A stretch of 64,000 nt of DNA from NCBI RefSeq assembly GCF_041146345.1, contig NW_027191402.1:682001-746000 (forward strand), read 5' to 3'. The DNA comes from Neodothiora populina (lineage: Eukaryota). Made by a program: the position numbers and the translations under genes. This document shows, piece after piece, positions 1 through 12,800 of the stretch (position 1 is its first letter; each line of letters starts with the position of its first letter). The notes beneath the pieces were generated by a model that did no database searches, had not been told where the DNA came from, and saw nothing but the letters and a program-made list of their open reading frames with translations.

Positions 1-1236
1 CCTCAGCAACCACTGTCCCCGGCGCCATTGCTGCCGTGCGCGAGTTTCTTTCTAGTTCCTCTATCGATGCGTCGACGACGAGCAATATCACCAAGAGACT
101 ATCAATACCGGAAAAAACAAGAGCAGGGCCTTCGAAGACGGTATTGCTCACCGGAGCAGGCATATCCGTCGCGTCAGGGCTGGCGGATTACAGAGGCACA
201 AAGGGCACGTATACGCTGAACAAGACCTACAGGCCGATTTACTTTCATGAGTTTGCTGCTAGTCATGAGGCGAGGAAGAGGTACTGGGCCAGGTCGTTCC
301 TTGGGTGGACGACGCTGAATAGGTCAAGGCCGAATGCTGCGCATCACGCTGTGGCGAAGTTGGGGGATATGGAGGTTCTTTCTAGTGTTATTACGCAGAG
401 TGAGTCGCTTCGTTATTCTTTTTGGTTATCTAATCTATGATGGCGTGAGGCGCTGACATGTGGGGAAAAAAGACGTCGATTCATTCCACCCGAAAGCGCA
501 TCCCGGTATGCGAACCCTCGAACTGCATGGCTATTTACGGAGCGCAGTCTGTCTATCTTGTCGTACCGAATATGATCGTGCCAAGTTCCAAGATGATCTG
601 GCAAAACTCAACCCAGCCTGGGCAGACTTTCTCGCCGAAATGCTGCAATCTGGCGCGCTCACGACGGAGAACCCTGAAGAGCGAAGGAAAAGAGGGTTGA
701 AGACGAATCCGGACGGTGATGTGGACATACCAGGTGTCAAGTATGGGACCTTCCGCTATCCACCATGTCCCACTTGTCTCGCGAGTCCTCCTGTGGCTGA
801 GGACGGGACGCGAAAAGTGGTCGAAATCGACGACGATGGTGCATGGTCTGCCAAATCCAACGCGGGTGTCCTGAAACCGGCGGTCATCATGTTTGGAGAG
901 AGTATCCCTGGCGCAGTCAAGACCGCGGCAGAGGAGGCTATTGACGAGGCCGACAGAGTGCTCGTGCTCGGATCCTCACTTGCTACATATTCTGCATGGC
1001 GCTTGATAAAACGGGCAAAAGATGCCGGCAAGGGCATTGGTGTAATCAATCTTGGTGGAGTTCGGGGTGAAGAGCAGTTCTTCTCTGATGTCCCTGCTCA
1101 CAACACTGGCAAGTATGCGGTTAGGTGTAGCCACAACCTGGAACAACTGCTGCCTGAAGTTGTGAAGGCGTTGGAACTTCCAGCGGCTCCTCTAGCACGC
1201 CCCGTGTTCCAGCCAGCAAGTTGGGCATATCGGTGA
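1..1236 (+). CDS. NAD-dependent deacylase, Sir2 family, class II (SIRT4-like); 5' end lies outside the window; exons <1-399, 473-1236
   Basis: GAGISVASGLADYRG, TQNVD rebuilt across intron 400-472 (GTGAGT...GCTGAC...AG), ELHG, CxxC...CxxC zinc site, LKPAVIMFGE, GSSL; frame is open from position 3. Confidence 0.93.
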
Positions 1237-1553
1237 AGACCTTTCGGAGCGGTGAGGAAACAATGGCACGGCTCACTCGGCCCAGCTGAATAGTATCATC
1301 GTCAAGGGCGTCGCATGAGCCAGATGGACTCGTCGTCCCCCAATGCGATCGCATCAAGGCATTCGACTGGTGTATGAGAGCCATAGTTAGGCGCATACGT
1401 GGGGACGCCTCGGAAAGACATGTCTTGCACCACAGACTGTCCGGCGATTGGTCCCTGACTTCACAGTATCAGGAGCTGTGACTGCGACGCCGAACGTCGC
1501 ACCGCTCCAGGTGGAGTTATGTTCTGATCAATGTAGGCACACCCTCGAAATGG

Positions 1554-4237
1554 TTACGCTAGTTCTCTTTCCTGTTTTGCCACGACGACCCGTTCCCAGG
1601 CGGCTTTTTCGAAACGACCCAGCTTGTTCCAGAAATGACGTCCTGCCTCGTGTGCCCGGATCTTGCTCAATAGTGCGGCCACCATCTCTCGCACATCAGT
1701 CCTCGGATGGAAGAGACCGAGCGCCAAGTAGAAAAGACCTCCGTCACCCACGCTGCTGAGCGCAGTCGCTGAACCCGATGACGGTGAGATATTAACAAGC
1801 ACGCCGAGCAATTGGTTGATCTGCTCGTAGGTATTTATGCGAGCGCATATAGCAACATATATGGCGGCGCTATTGTCGGAACCCAAGCGCAGCTTTGTCA
1901 GTTTATCGTGGAGATGTTGTAGATCGAGGTCTTGTATCGGACGTAGCGTGTACAAAACGGCAAAGTCTTGCACGAAATTATAGTAGGAACGCGTACTGCG
2001 CCAACCTTCGATACGCGTTGAATTGGCAGCCAGCTCACGTATCTTTGCATCAGTGCTTGGCCAGACGTAGCCATGCCCAGTAACTGCGGGGTCGAGTTCG
2101 GGCGCATCGAAAGGTGTGACGGGCGAGGGAGAGTGGACGCCGGCGGTAGGAGACGATGCGGGGGGGAAGTGGATGCTCAGAGCCGAGGCGCCATATACCA
2201 TCTCTTCGAAAGCTGTGGCAAGTCTGATGAACTTGGTGATCCACAGGCGGAACTTGGCCCGGACAGCGGCCTCACCCCTCCTATCAGCGATGGAAGCCAG
2301 CACCCCTGTCATGAAGGCGTTATCACCTGCCAGGTCTCCTACGCCAGAAGGCGATAACGGGTACGACGATGCGCCAGAAGCAGAGCCAGGAACCCCTGCA
2401 GTATTTGGCAAGCCGTTCTGCGCAGACACACCCGGACCGGCTTGTTGGAAGAACAACATACCTTCCGTTACAGGAGCATTTTCTACCTTGGGACTTATTT
2501 TCATGCGACCGGTGGGCAGATCACACAAAAGATCCCACCACTCGGACTTGTGGGTGAAAGTCGGGTTTGTGACACCAGCTATGAAGCCTGGGACATTCAG
2601 CAGATCGTCGATCTTGGTAAGATCGGTGTAGGGAAAGGCGTGGCGTGTGAAACCTCGAAGCAGGCCGCCTGATGCCAGGGCGCAGGCAGCGAGGACGGCT
2701 TCGGCAACGTCTGAGGAAGGAAGATTATGGCCAATGAATATGACTCGCTTCTGAGTCAACAACGCATTGACAAGGACTACGATGGGATGAGTGAGGGGTC
2801 CTGAAGTGGTAAGGTGTGGATGATGATATTGGAATGGCTGGGGACTGTTTGCGTGAGGGCTGCTGAAGGTTTGGATGAGCTTGATGAGTGAGAAATCGCC
2901 AACCGTTTCGGCGGAAAGAGCGGTGGGTATCTTGATAGGTACTGGTATATTGTTGTAATTGACGACAGATTCGAATTCGTGAGTGTCTCGAGGAAGCGTG
3001 TGCCGCTGACGGGATGGGGGCTTCTGAGATGATTGCGATTTGGTTCTGTCATCCAGAATGCGCTGCTGGACCATTGTCTCGAACTTCTCGATGAAGAGGT
3101 CCTTGACGTCAGACGCTTGCAAGATGAAGCGCTCCTGGAGGGAAAGACGAGGTAAGAGAGAAAGGTCCATCTGGTTGACCGCATCGTAAAGTGAGGCGAG
3201 TGTTTCCGGAAGCGGGGCGCGGAAGTAATCCTCGAGAGCCAGTAACAATAGCGGCTGTGATGGAACGTATTTAGCACAGCTGGTCAGAAGAAGGTAGAGA
3301 TATGAGAGCGAACAAACCTTGTATATGTGTAAAAAGGAGTGACGGGTACAGATAGCCATGGCTTTGACCACTGCACCTCTATTGGAGAAATAAAATCAGC
3401 ACTATTCACAAACGCACGGCATAGCCAGGCTAGATGTGATTTTGACGAGCAACGTCCGGTAGACATGGCAGCTCACCTTTTCACCGTATTGTCCTGTTTT
3501 GTGTTCACGAGGTTGAGCACATAGACCAAAGGTGGACCTTCGATAGACTCCAGAGCCTCGTCCTCCAATACATCTGGGTCATCCTCGTCTCGGTCCTCAT
3601 CTTCCTCATCCTCATCGTCGTCGTCCTTGGTCTGGACATGTTTGCCAGATGATTTGGATCCGTCGCGCGATGTGCCATTGGATCTGCGTGCAGCAGATAA
3701 GCGCTTTGCTCGCGCGCGTTTCTGGCGGCGGACCGCCCGTCTTCTCGCTGCCCTCCTCTCTTCAATCTCCTCGGGGTCGTTGGCGTCTTTGTGCAAAAAG
3801 AAGATGGTCCAGTCTTGGCTTCTGACGTGTGCCTGGTCGGGCAACATGAGTTCGGCCAGCATATGCTCATCGCCGCCGATTGGCGCTGGATACTGATGCT
3901 CCATGACAGAGCCGCGGTCAATGTCGAAGGAGGCAACGAGGATGTACTCGACATGCTTCTCTTCGGAATCAGCTGGATATTGTGGTCGTATATGAGGCTT
4001 GTGGAGGATCATGGTGGATCGATTCGACCGATCAGCCGAGAGATTGTCGGGCATGACTCCAGCGGCAGGACCCATGTTCGCGGCAGTAATGTGGCTACTC
4101 GAAGCATCTCGCTCGTGCCTGGAGGACGAGGTGGACGAGGAAGAAGAAGAAATCTTATGGCGCGACGAGGACGGCGGGGCTGCAGCGTTGTTGGCGCTGT
4201 TGTTGGTGTTGGAGCGGTATGGAAGGATCGACGCCAT
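1554..4237 (-). CDS. mesA: Afi1/MesA-like polarity-axis stabilisation protein (DENN-related Afi1 + SPA domains); exons 4237-3477, 3378-3318, 3254-1554
   Basis: [45 protein letters not shown] rebuilt across intron 3379-3476, [21 protein letters not shown]; second intron 3255-3317. Confidence 0.85.
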
Positions 4238-5199
4238 GTTGAGGGGCAGAGTGTCGCAAGTGCCTTCCTTATATGATGTTAGATCGTGCGACAATCGCCA
4301 TTGGCTTTGGTCAATCCAAGGAGGACCAGAGTATGATCTGACGCTATCGATGCTCCAAGCGATTGAGTCTACCTGTGTAGCTCTTGTGTTCAAGGCAAAG
4401 CGTAGAGTGCTTCCAGGTGATGCGCCTAGATGGATCGGGCGTTTGATGCGTGGTGGACGGCGATGTGTTGAAGTGAGCGTGCAATTGCCATTTTATAGGT
4501 TCGGAGGTGAAAGAAGAATTAGGCAGGAGCTACCTTCTATCTCTCCTCCTCAATTACACTTATACCACAGCACAGCACAGTAAGGTACCTTGCAAGTGCT
4601 ACCCTGTCTGGACTCCTCATACCGTACCTCATTTGCACATGTCGAAGACACCTTACCACCCACTCTGACTGCTGTGCTTTCCCCACATGGCATTCCACAG
4701 AGGGGGCACCAGGGTCTGGTTTAGGAGTCGACTAAACCGCTCCGGGTGATTTATGGGACAATTGCCCAATGTCTCTTGTCTGTGCGCTGTGTGATCGTCC
4801 CTTTTCGCTCGGCATCTGCGTCAGCGCACGAGTCAGTGCGGCTTGCGCGCGTACCTCGTGCACAGAAAGTACCGGGTACCTGTGTACTTTTTGGTTTGTT
4901 GTGTTTACTTTACACTCCAGTAGGGTACTGTATCATACAATACAGCAGTCAGTACCTTAAGCAGCATAGCAGTAGCAGCACAGCAACAACACCCCTGTGG
5001 TAGTGTCGCGCCTTTAAAGTCCGCTGCTGTACTCTTTCTTGATCATACCTTGAGGTATCAATCACATATAGACGTAAGCGCCGTAGCCTTGTCTGTCCCT
5101 GTCGAACTGATGGTGGAGGCCTTTTCTACTGATGTTCTGTTCTGGGGTATGCCATGCTGACATTGAAACCACGTCCAGCCACAATCGCCATCGAAGCCA

Positions 5200-6468
5200 A
5201 TGTCTTTCAGCTCACCACGTCCGTCGCCGTTCAAGCGGCCGGATTTGTCCAGAGCAGCGTCTCCATCAGCTGTTCGAGGCGCAACAACACCATCTACCTC
5301 TCCAACCAAACCCTCCACCTCTGCAACTCACATGTCGCCGACCAAGCCGTCATCACCTTCTCTATCCCCAGAGAAACATAATCCCTTCGTACGGCGACCA
5401 TCTCAATTGGGTCCGCCTACCTCGCCGCGTGCCACTAGCCCATTTGCTCGTCCAACAAGTCCATTTGCCCGACCAAGCAGCCCATTCACCCGACCCTCGA
5501 GCAGGCTCAGTGTCGCCGAGTCGCCTTCCCGTGCTCTGTCGTTCACACAAGATAGATCAGTCTCACCTGCAGAGAGGCCACCACAGTCACCAAGTGTAGA
5601 ACGGTCCGTGTCTCCCGCGGTGGAAGACGCACCGGCTCCTGCAGTGCCCTCCTCGCCAGCAGCATCCAAAGCGCCAGTGTTAGGCACCCCCATTATGCTC
5701 GATGGCGGCAGTCCTTCATCGCCTGGGCTTGCGCCATCGCCGTCGCCTTCTCCTTCGCCCTCACCTGTACGACCTGCCGCCATGGCAAGACCAGTAGCGC
5801 AGCGAACAGTAACATCATCCACCGCTGCCACCATACGACCATTCAACTTCAGCAAGCCGACCCCATCATCTCCGTCGCCAGCGACACAGAGACCTCGAGC
5901 ACCTCTTGGCGCGTCAGGACCCAACTACAACCACATCCCTCAGCCCATGTTACGCAGCATGCGCGAATCCTTCGAGGTCCTCGACAGTGCCAACTCCGGC
6001 ACCGTCGACTCAGCCAGCCTGGCAGCAATGCTCGACCAAGTCGGCATGGACTCGTCCCCTCGCGCCCTGTCCGCGTTCTTCCCTCCCAACGGTCCCGCGA
6101 CCCTGAACCTGGCAAGATATCTGGACATTGTGTCGTCAGCCCACTCGCACCTCAGTCCTCCCGACGAGCTAGCCGCCGCCTTCGCCGCATTCGACGTCGA
6201 CGACTCCGGCCAGATCGATCTGCAGGAGCTCAGAGATGCCCTGTTGCACACGACGGCCGAGCCGGGCACCGAGCCCGTGCGCTTGACCGAGGCCGACGTC
6301 GACACCATCATGGCTGATTTCTCCGGAAGACGAGCGTTTGGTGGCAAGGGCGTTTTCAAGAACGGGACTGGTGGACCCGGCAGACGCGATGTGTTTAGGT
6401 ACAGGGACTTCATCGCCAATATCTCCGGCGGTGCAGAGGTGCCTGCTGATCAGGTAGAAGTTGCTTGA
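5200..6468 (+). CDS. EF-hand protein, probable myosin regulatory light chain/calmodulin-like, with long Ser/Pro-rich N-terminal extension
   Basis: 422-aa single ORF; EF-hand loops LDSANSGTVD and FDVDDSGQIDLQEL in the C-terminal ~180 aa. Confidence 0.75.
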   Translation: MSFSSPRPSPFKRPDLSRAASPSAVRGATTPSTSPTKPSTSATHMSPTKPSSPSLSPEKHNPFVRRPSQLGPPTSPRATSPFARPTSPFARPSSPFTRPSSRLSVAESPSRALSFTQDRSVSPAERPPQSPSVERSVSPAVEDAPAPAVPSSPAASKAPVLGTPIMLDGGSPSSPGLAPSPSPSPSPSPVRPAAMARPVAQRTVTSSTAATIRPFNFSKPTPSSPSPATQRPRAPLGASGPNYNHIPQPMLRSMRESFEVLDSANSGTVDSASLAAMLDQVGMDSSPRALSAFFPPNGPATLNLARYLDIVSSAHSHLSPPDELAAAFAAFDVDDSGQIDLQELRDALLHTTAEPGTEPVRLTEADVDTIMADFSGRRAFGGKGVFKNGTGGPGRRDVFRYRDFIANISGGAEVPADQVEVA

Positions 6469-6734
6469 TAGCGCAGAACGCACCAGGATGATTACACGGA
6501 AGGCGACTTGTTATGCTAGGCGGGCGGTCACGAAAATACGTTTTCTGTTTCTCTTTCTTTTCTCTCTTGTTCAGTCAGCCTGTATACCCTTCATCCTACC
6601 CTACAATATCATACTCGTCATGACCATCACTAAAAGCTTTGCAACCGCTCACTCGTCGCCGTTGTGACATACATGAACCTCGCCCATCGCATGGTATTGG
6701 CGAATCCACTACTCCTGACAACTTTTTCTTCATA

Positions 6735-7860
6735 TCAAGCACCACTCTGTCCGCTCATCATCGCCGACAGACCTCCAGACACGAAAGCCTCATGGCACTT
6801 GCCACAAACAATGAGCCAACACCAATCGCACCGTCGGAAGTCATCACCGGCCGTGTCGTGCCCCTCGCTCGGCGCTCCGTATTCGTGGCACACGGCGCAA
6901 GAGACGGGATTGTACACGTTGTGCCGCGGTTTCGCGGTCGCGTGCCATGCGTCGTGGTACCTGTAGCACTCCCTTTGGCAAGGCTGTATGGGCAAGGCCC
7001 GGGCTACGTTGTAGTGACTCTTGACGTCGTTGCCGGCACGGGAGAGGAAGTCGTGGAATGAGTGGCCGGTTAGTGGTCGAGCGGATCTTGCAGGAAGAGT
7101 GTTTCTGAAACCCCCGGTCTCTTCGGTGTTTAATAAGAGGCACGGCGTGCTGCGTGAGAAAGACTGTTGTCTCGATACTTGACCGATAAGTCCGCAGTGG
7201 GCCCTGAGCTGTAGGACACTATGCTGCGAGACAGGAGGTCAGGAGAAAAGTCAAGAACTGGAAGAGAAATATCACGCTTACTGCGAACAGGCTTGGTCCA
7301 GTCATCTTCTTGCGCTGTGCAGCTGTCAATGTTCGATCCGGAGATGGTGTTCGTCCCTTGCGATGTAATCCATACTTGGTAGGGCTGTCCTCTGGTAACA
7401 TCGGAGGTCGCGGTAATAGAGTTCGTGGTGTCAATGAGAGAGCAGGAGTGCCTGATCTGCTTCCTTCGCTCTCTGGGGTTGAGGTGTTGGACCTTTCTGG
7501 GTGGGCCGAAGTACTCAGGCGGACCGGAGTAATGGTTGGAGTGGTCGGTAAGTCCATGTCTCGTTTCAAGTCTGGATCCTTGCTTATAATATCACTTGTG
7601 GACGAGGAGAAACGCTGATCAAGCATGGCAGGGGTATATTGAGACACTTCTACAGGCGAAAAATTGCTATTTGAACAACTCGTATTCGCGAGGGTGCTCG
7701 CACCTGCTGTCGCTGAGGTCGAAGGGAACGCAGAAGAAGCCGTGGTGGCATTTGAGGAGGTACGTGTCCGCCTCAGCAGGTTCAGCGATGATCTTGACTT
7801 CAAGGACCTGCGCGATGGTGCGTCTGCAGTGTCTCTTGTTTTTGAAGCATTAGATCCCAT
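6735..7860 (-). CDS. Hypothetical protein with N-terminal MGxxxS motif and C-terminal Cys/His-rich putative zinc-binding domain; exons 7860-7282, 7223-6735
   Basis: Intron 7224-7281 (GTAAGC...CTGAC...CAG) joins ORF 7219-7917 in phase 0 to an open frame ending in ORF 6735-6995 (CYRYH...CAVCH...CDWCWLIVCGKC). Confidence 0.65.
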
Positions 7861-8637
7861 GCCGTCAATTGAGGATATGACGCTAGTTGTATGGCCCCCA
7901 AAACGAGACAATTTCAAGCTGCATCTGAAGACTCCTATACCTCAAACGAGGGGTTGGATGTGCTTGTAGCAGGTGACAGCTCTTGCCACGATATGATGTT
8001 GAACTTGGTCCGGCATGCACCTACCGCGGATCGCTCCTTCTATGTATGTACAGATTTGCATGGCCCTCAACCACACTTTGTATACTGCCTCATCTCCAGC
8101 AGGAATACTTATGAAATTCCCAAACATGCGGCTCATTAAGGCACTGCACTTAGCCTCAGTGGCACAAGTTGACACATCCGTTCGGCGATTTGATTCGGTC
8201 TTCACTGTGAACATCCGAGGTCTGTCGATCTGCCTATATTGGACATCCATGTTGGGTTGGCAAGCTGATGACTGCAAGCACACGCATTTCGCGATGCGAT
8301 TCTCGGAGATTCTCAGAGGACTGTGGCAACCAAGCTAAAGAGTAATCGAGAGAACGACCGCCGTCTTTTTCTCTGTTAGACTCGCTTTTGTCTTGGACAA
8401 GACCAGAATGTTGGTACGATCATAGTCGACTTAGTCGAGACCAACGTATGTATATTCTACGACATGTGTCGCCAGGTGATACGTGAGTGAGTAGAGATTG
8501 ATAGAATGTCTGAATCGATGTTAGGATGCGGCTGAACAGCATTCGGGCCTGTCACGTCCCTAAGACATGCGTGTTGCATGCCTTGCTGGTATGACTGTAG
8601 CTCCTGGGAGCCAAGCTCGGCTGACCAGATACGAAGA

Positions 8638-9366
8638 TCAATAAAATCCAGGTCGGCGTTGGCTGTTGTCTTGAGCTGTGCTAGATGGGGACGCATCGGT
8701 TGACTCATTATTCACGGGCTTCTTAGTCTGAGTTTCACTGTGGGAAGGGTCCGAGTCTTCTGGAGCTGCCGGCTCAGTCGTCTTAGCAACCCGCTTCTTC
8801 CTTGTTGACCAGAGAGAGTCATCTTGTTCAATTTCCTTCATGACTGCAAAAGGTTAGTCAATCCGACTCTTTTATCGTCGAGTCATAAAGTCTCCAGGCA
8901 TACCTTCTTCCCATTCGCTTTCACTCTCCGGGTTCCCTGTACCCAAGATCCTTTCTATGTCAACATCTTCACCCAAGCGAACACGCTCTATAGTCTCCTT
9001 CAGCAGTGCAATCTTGGCTTCAGTTCGGCGAGTAAAAGCAAGTCTTTCGTTTCTCAAAGCAATCATCTGGATGGCATTCGAGCCGATCAGAACGGCGATA
9101 GCGATGAAAAATGTCGCGGGATTCCATTCTTTTGACTTGGCCGCCTTTAGCTTCTCTTGCTCTGCTATAGATACGGGATCTGTGGGCCGGCGAAAAGCTT
9201 TAGGTACGAGAGAATGCCATAATGATGGCGAAGTTATGCGAGAGATGTTGGCAAGATTCGAGGAGAGTGCAGCACTCTGTGTGTATCTACAACGGAGCAG
9301 AGGCTGATAGGCGTGGTTTAACGGCGCATGCATTAACCATCTGGTGGATGAGTAGAGACCAGCCAT
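8638..9366 (-). CDS. Conserved fungal single-pass, probably mitochondrial, protein (DUF5321-like); exons 9366-8904, 8843-8638
   Basis: Presequence-like N-terminus, WNPATFFIAIAVLIGSNAIQMIALR TM motif, LGTG.P..E.EWEEV rebuilt across intron 8844-8903. Confidence 0.75.
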
Positions 9367-9847
9367 TGTGTGTCGGGCTATGGGAGCCGAAGTGACAAAA
9401 GGTGACGAAGTGTTTCAGCAGGCGGTGCAGAGACGAGAACCAGCTGTGGCGTGTTTTTCGGCACTTAAATATGTCGAGATGCTTGGTCGCTGGTATACTA
9501 AAATCTTTAAACGAATAATTATAGTGTCACTATTCTGTAAGGGACAGTACTTCCGGTAGAACAAGTATGCTCCGTAGGGCTGAAGCTTATTTCTGTTTCC
9601 GTAGAGACACTAGCGCCAAAAGCCACGAGATTCATGTGCAAATCCGCCATCAATAATAATAGTGTATCATGTATAATTTATGAATCGCAGATGCGGTAGT
9701 GATGAGATACTTGCGACGGAGATGCGCCGGGCTCTGACGATTGTAGACAAAGATACACGACTTGCCTCGATCCATAGAATCAACTATGCCGATTGTCATT
9801 GCTAATAAATCTTACGCAACAGATCGCGAAGGATCCGCGATCAATCA

Positions 9848-12800
9848 ATGATGCGCGAAAGATGCGCCCATAGCGAAGCAGATGCTGTGAAAGCAGCGCT
9901 TAACACTCCTGGATCGTGTACCGCTACCACTGTCTCTACTTTGGCATGGCTACTGGATGTTCAAGATGTCTCTCGAGGTTCGACTAGCAAGCATGCGCCA
10001 ACCAAGGACAGTACCTTGGGCAATCCAAAGTTGGCAAGCAGGAACACAACGAAGAGCACAGTGAAAAAGACGCCACGAACAGCGCCAAAGACTACAACGA
10101 AACAGACGAATAAGGCAGGGACGACCACCAAACAATCGACTATCCAGGACACCACCAACACCCATGCGGTTCCCGTGCTCCAAGATGCTTCTCCTCCGTT
10201 ATCGCAAAAGGAGAAGCAGAAGCTGGCGACAGAAGTAGTCAACAGCACACTTAAGCTTCTCTCGCAACCCAATGTCAGTCCGCCACCTCAAGATGCGCCT
10301 GTAGCTCAGGAGACGAGACCTGTGCGCGTGCGCACGAAAACTGTCACGAGGACCAAGCAGCCGCCCTCAAGTAGTGCCCCATTGACTGAAATTTCAAACC
10401 ACTCTTCCCCATTGCGAAGTGTCTCCATATCTTCATCTTTGGCGCCCGTTGCAGAATGCTCTCATATCGCCTTCAAGTTTTTGAGGAAGATTACCTCTGG
10501 AGAGGCACGCTTGCTCTCAGTATGGAGGGGATCCATCTCATTGATAGGAAAATTGATCACGCACCGGATGCAAAAATTGGCTTTCTCAGAATTTGGCCAC
10601 TTGAGAGACTGTATGGAGAAACATGATTCCGACGTGACGGATGGTACAGAGGCGCAAGTTGATAAATCAATTCTACTCCTGAACTTGCAAACGCCTTCGA
10701 AAGAACTCATGGAGCTCGCTGTGTTGTATCAGGCACAAGCCGTCAAGTTCATCATGACATTTCAAAATATGTCACTTCTCAAAAAGGAACTACAATTGTT
10801 GGATCCATCCATCTTATCATCTCCATCCGCTGTCATCCTGGAAGCCTTGGACAAGGGGATGCCGATAGACAAAGCCATAAAGCACTTGGAAACCCTTGAG
10901 CGTACTCTGTCGTCTTTCAGTTCAAGTCAGTCCTCTTCGATCAAGCCACAAACAGGATCACCAGAGTCACCGAATGCGCCAGAGGTAGCTTTCCAGCTAC
11001 TGGTCTTTCGACTCGAGATTCGTAAGCGCTGCATCGATCTTGCGGCACATCAACCTGCTCCCGAAATCGAAATATATAGACCATTAGGAGATGGTCTCAG
11101 TACCTACAGGCGTGTTTCAACACAAACATCCTCGGAAACGTATCAATTCGCATATTCCCTGGTCAACCGCCTATGTCCCCTTGAGGGATCTCATCTACCC
11201 TGCCCCGATTTAACGGCGTACTCTATATACAGATCCATGAGCTTACTCGCTCAATCTGACGGAAGCTACTCTGATGCCTTTAAATTTGTGGATAGCCTAG
11301 ACCATGCAGGCGCTACAGGCGTATATCGCCATACCATTAGGATGTGCTGCGCAATGAGATCGTATGCATTGAAACTTGCGTCTATCACCGAAGCTAACGC
11401 AGAGCCACTGGAGTCACTCGTATCCATGTTAGATCTCCTGAAACAGATTCGTGGTAAAGGAGTCGAATTTGGCGAAGGTATGGAGTTCTTCGTCGTCGAG
11501 TACAGCGCCTTCCGTAAAGCCATCATGCTGCTGTTGAACCAAAGATACAAGGTCATGGCTCGTGATATGGAACTTGAGGAACTCGGGCATCTTTGCGATC
11601 TGGTTGTCTTCTGCAACAATACGCATTTACTTCTTCTACGTTACATTCAGTCGGCGGGAAAAAGTAACAAGATTCCCTCCCAGCTTCGACAAATAGCAGA
11701 AACGAAATCGATAACACAGTCAATCAACTCATCCCTGATGGCTTGTAAGCTTGGGTTGCAATCGGAAATCCATTTCAGTCAATATCTACAACCGGCGCTG
11801 GTCGATACGCGTGCTCTCACCCAAGAACTTGATCCGGCCATCCGCAGCTCACATTACATCCATATCTCCAACACATACTGGACGGTCTATCAACGATTAA
11901 ACCTTGAAGAACAGCTATGCCCCACATCCATCGAGCTTTTACAAAATTCTGTCGAGATTCTACGGGATCTCGGGATGCAGGAAAGGGAAGCTGCCTTTTT
12001 CACAGTGAAACTCGAGAAACTCGCAAATGCCCATTTGACAGGTGGAAGCCCGTCAGACGCTTTTGAAATGCTTCTCGAAGCCATTTTGATACGTCTTGGA
12101 TCGGAAGCACTACACGCATTAGTGGAGATGGCCCGGACACAGCTCCTTCAAAATGCAGCGAGCGGCGATAGTGACGTGCAATTGCTTCTGCAAGATTTCT
12201 CCGTGTATCATCAAGCATCATTCCAGGATAGACGCAAGTTCTGTGTTTATGATGACCATGATCTTCCCACACTTGAGCGAACAGCAATTCTCGAAGTTCA
12301 GTTGTATCTACTTGAACAGAAACATCATCCTGATGTACCAAAAGAAATATTCAGCGAGCAGTTGAATCTCCTCATCGGACTCCTCATGGGTCTCCTGACG
12401 TACGATGAACACCCGATACGTAGAGCTAACGTGTGCGCATCTATTCTCAGGATAGCGAGGACGCTTGACCTGTCCTTGGATTCTCAGTACATGTCTGAAG
12501 CTCGTCGGTACAGCATGGGTGACACCGATTCTAGCGACGATTCCCTGCTCTCCCCTTTCAAAACTTATGTGGAAGCATCATTACAAGTGGCACAGGCCTT
12601 CTACGAAGAGCGGCCATCATTGCAAGTGCTGCGCAGTGCCGTCTCTCTATTCAAGTCCCTCTTCAATGAGTCGAGAAAATCATTCACAGGCGAGTATAGC
12701 AAAGTTACAGGCCATCTCATCGCACAGCTGGAAGCCATGCACAGCTTCATGGCTCTCGAAGGCTGCGACGAGGACTGTGTTCATATCTTACAGATGCTTG

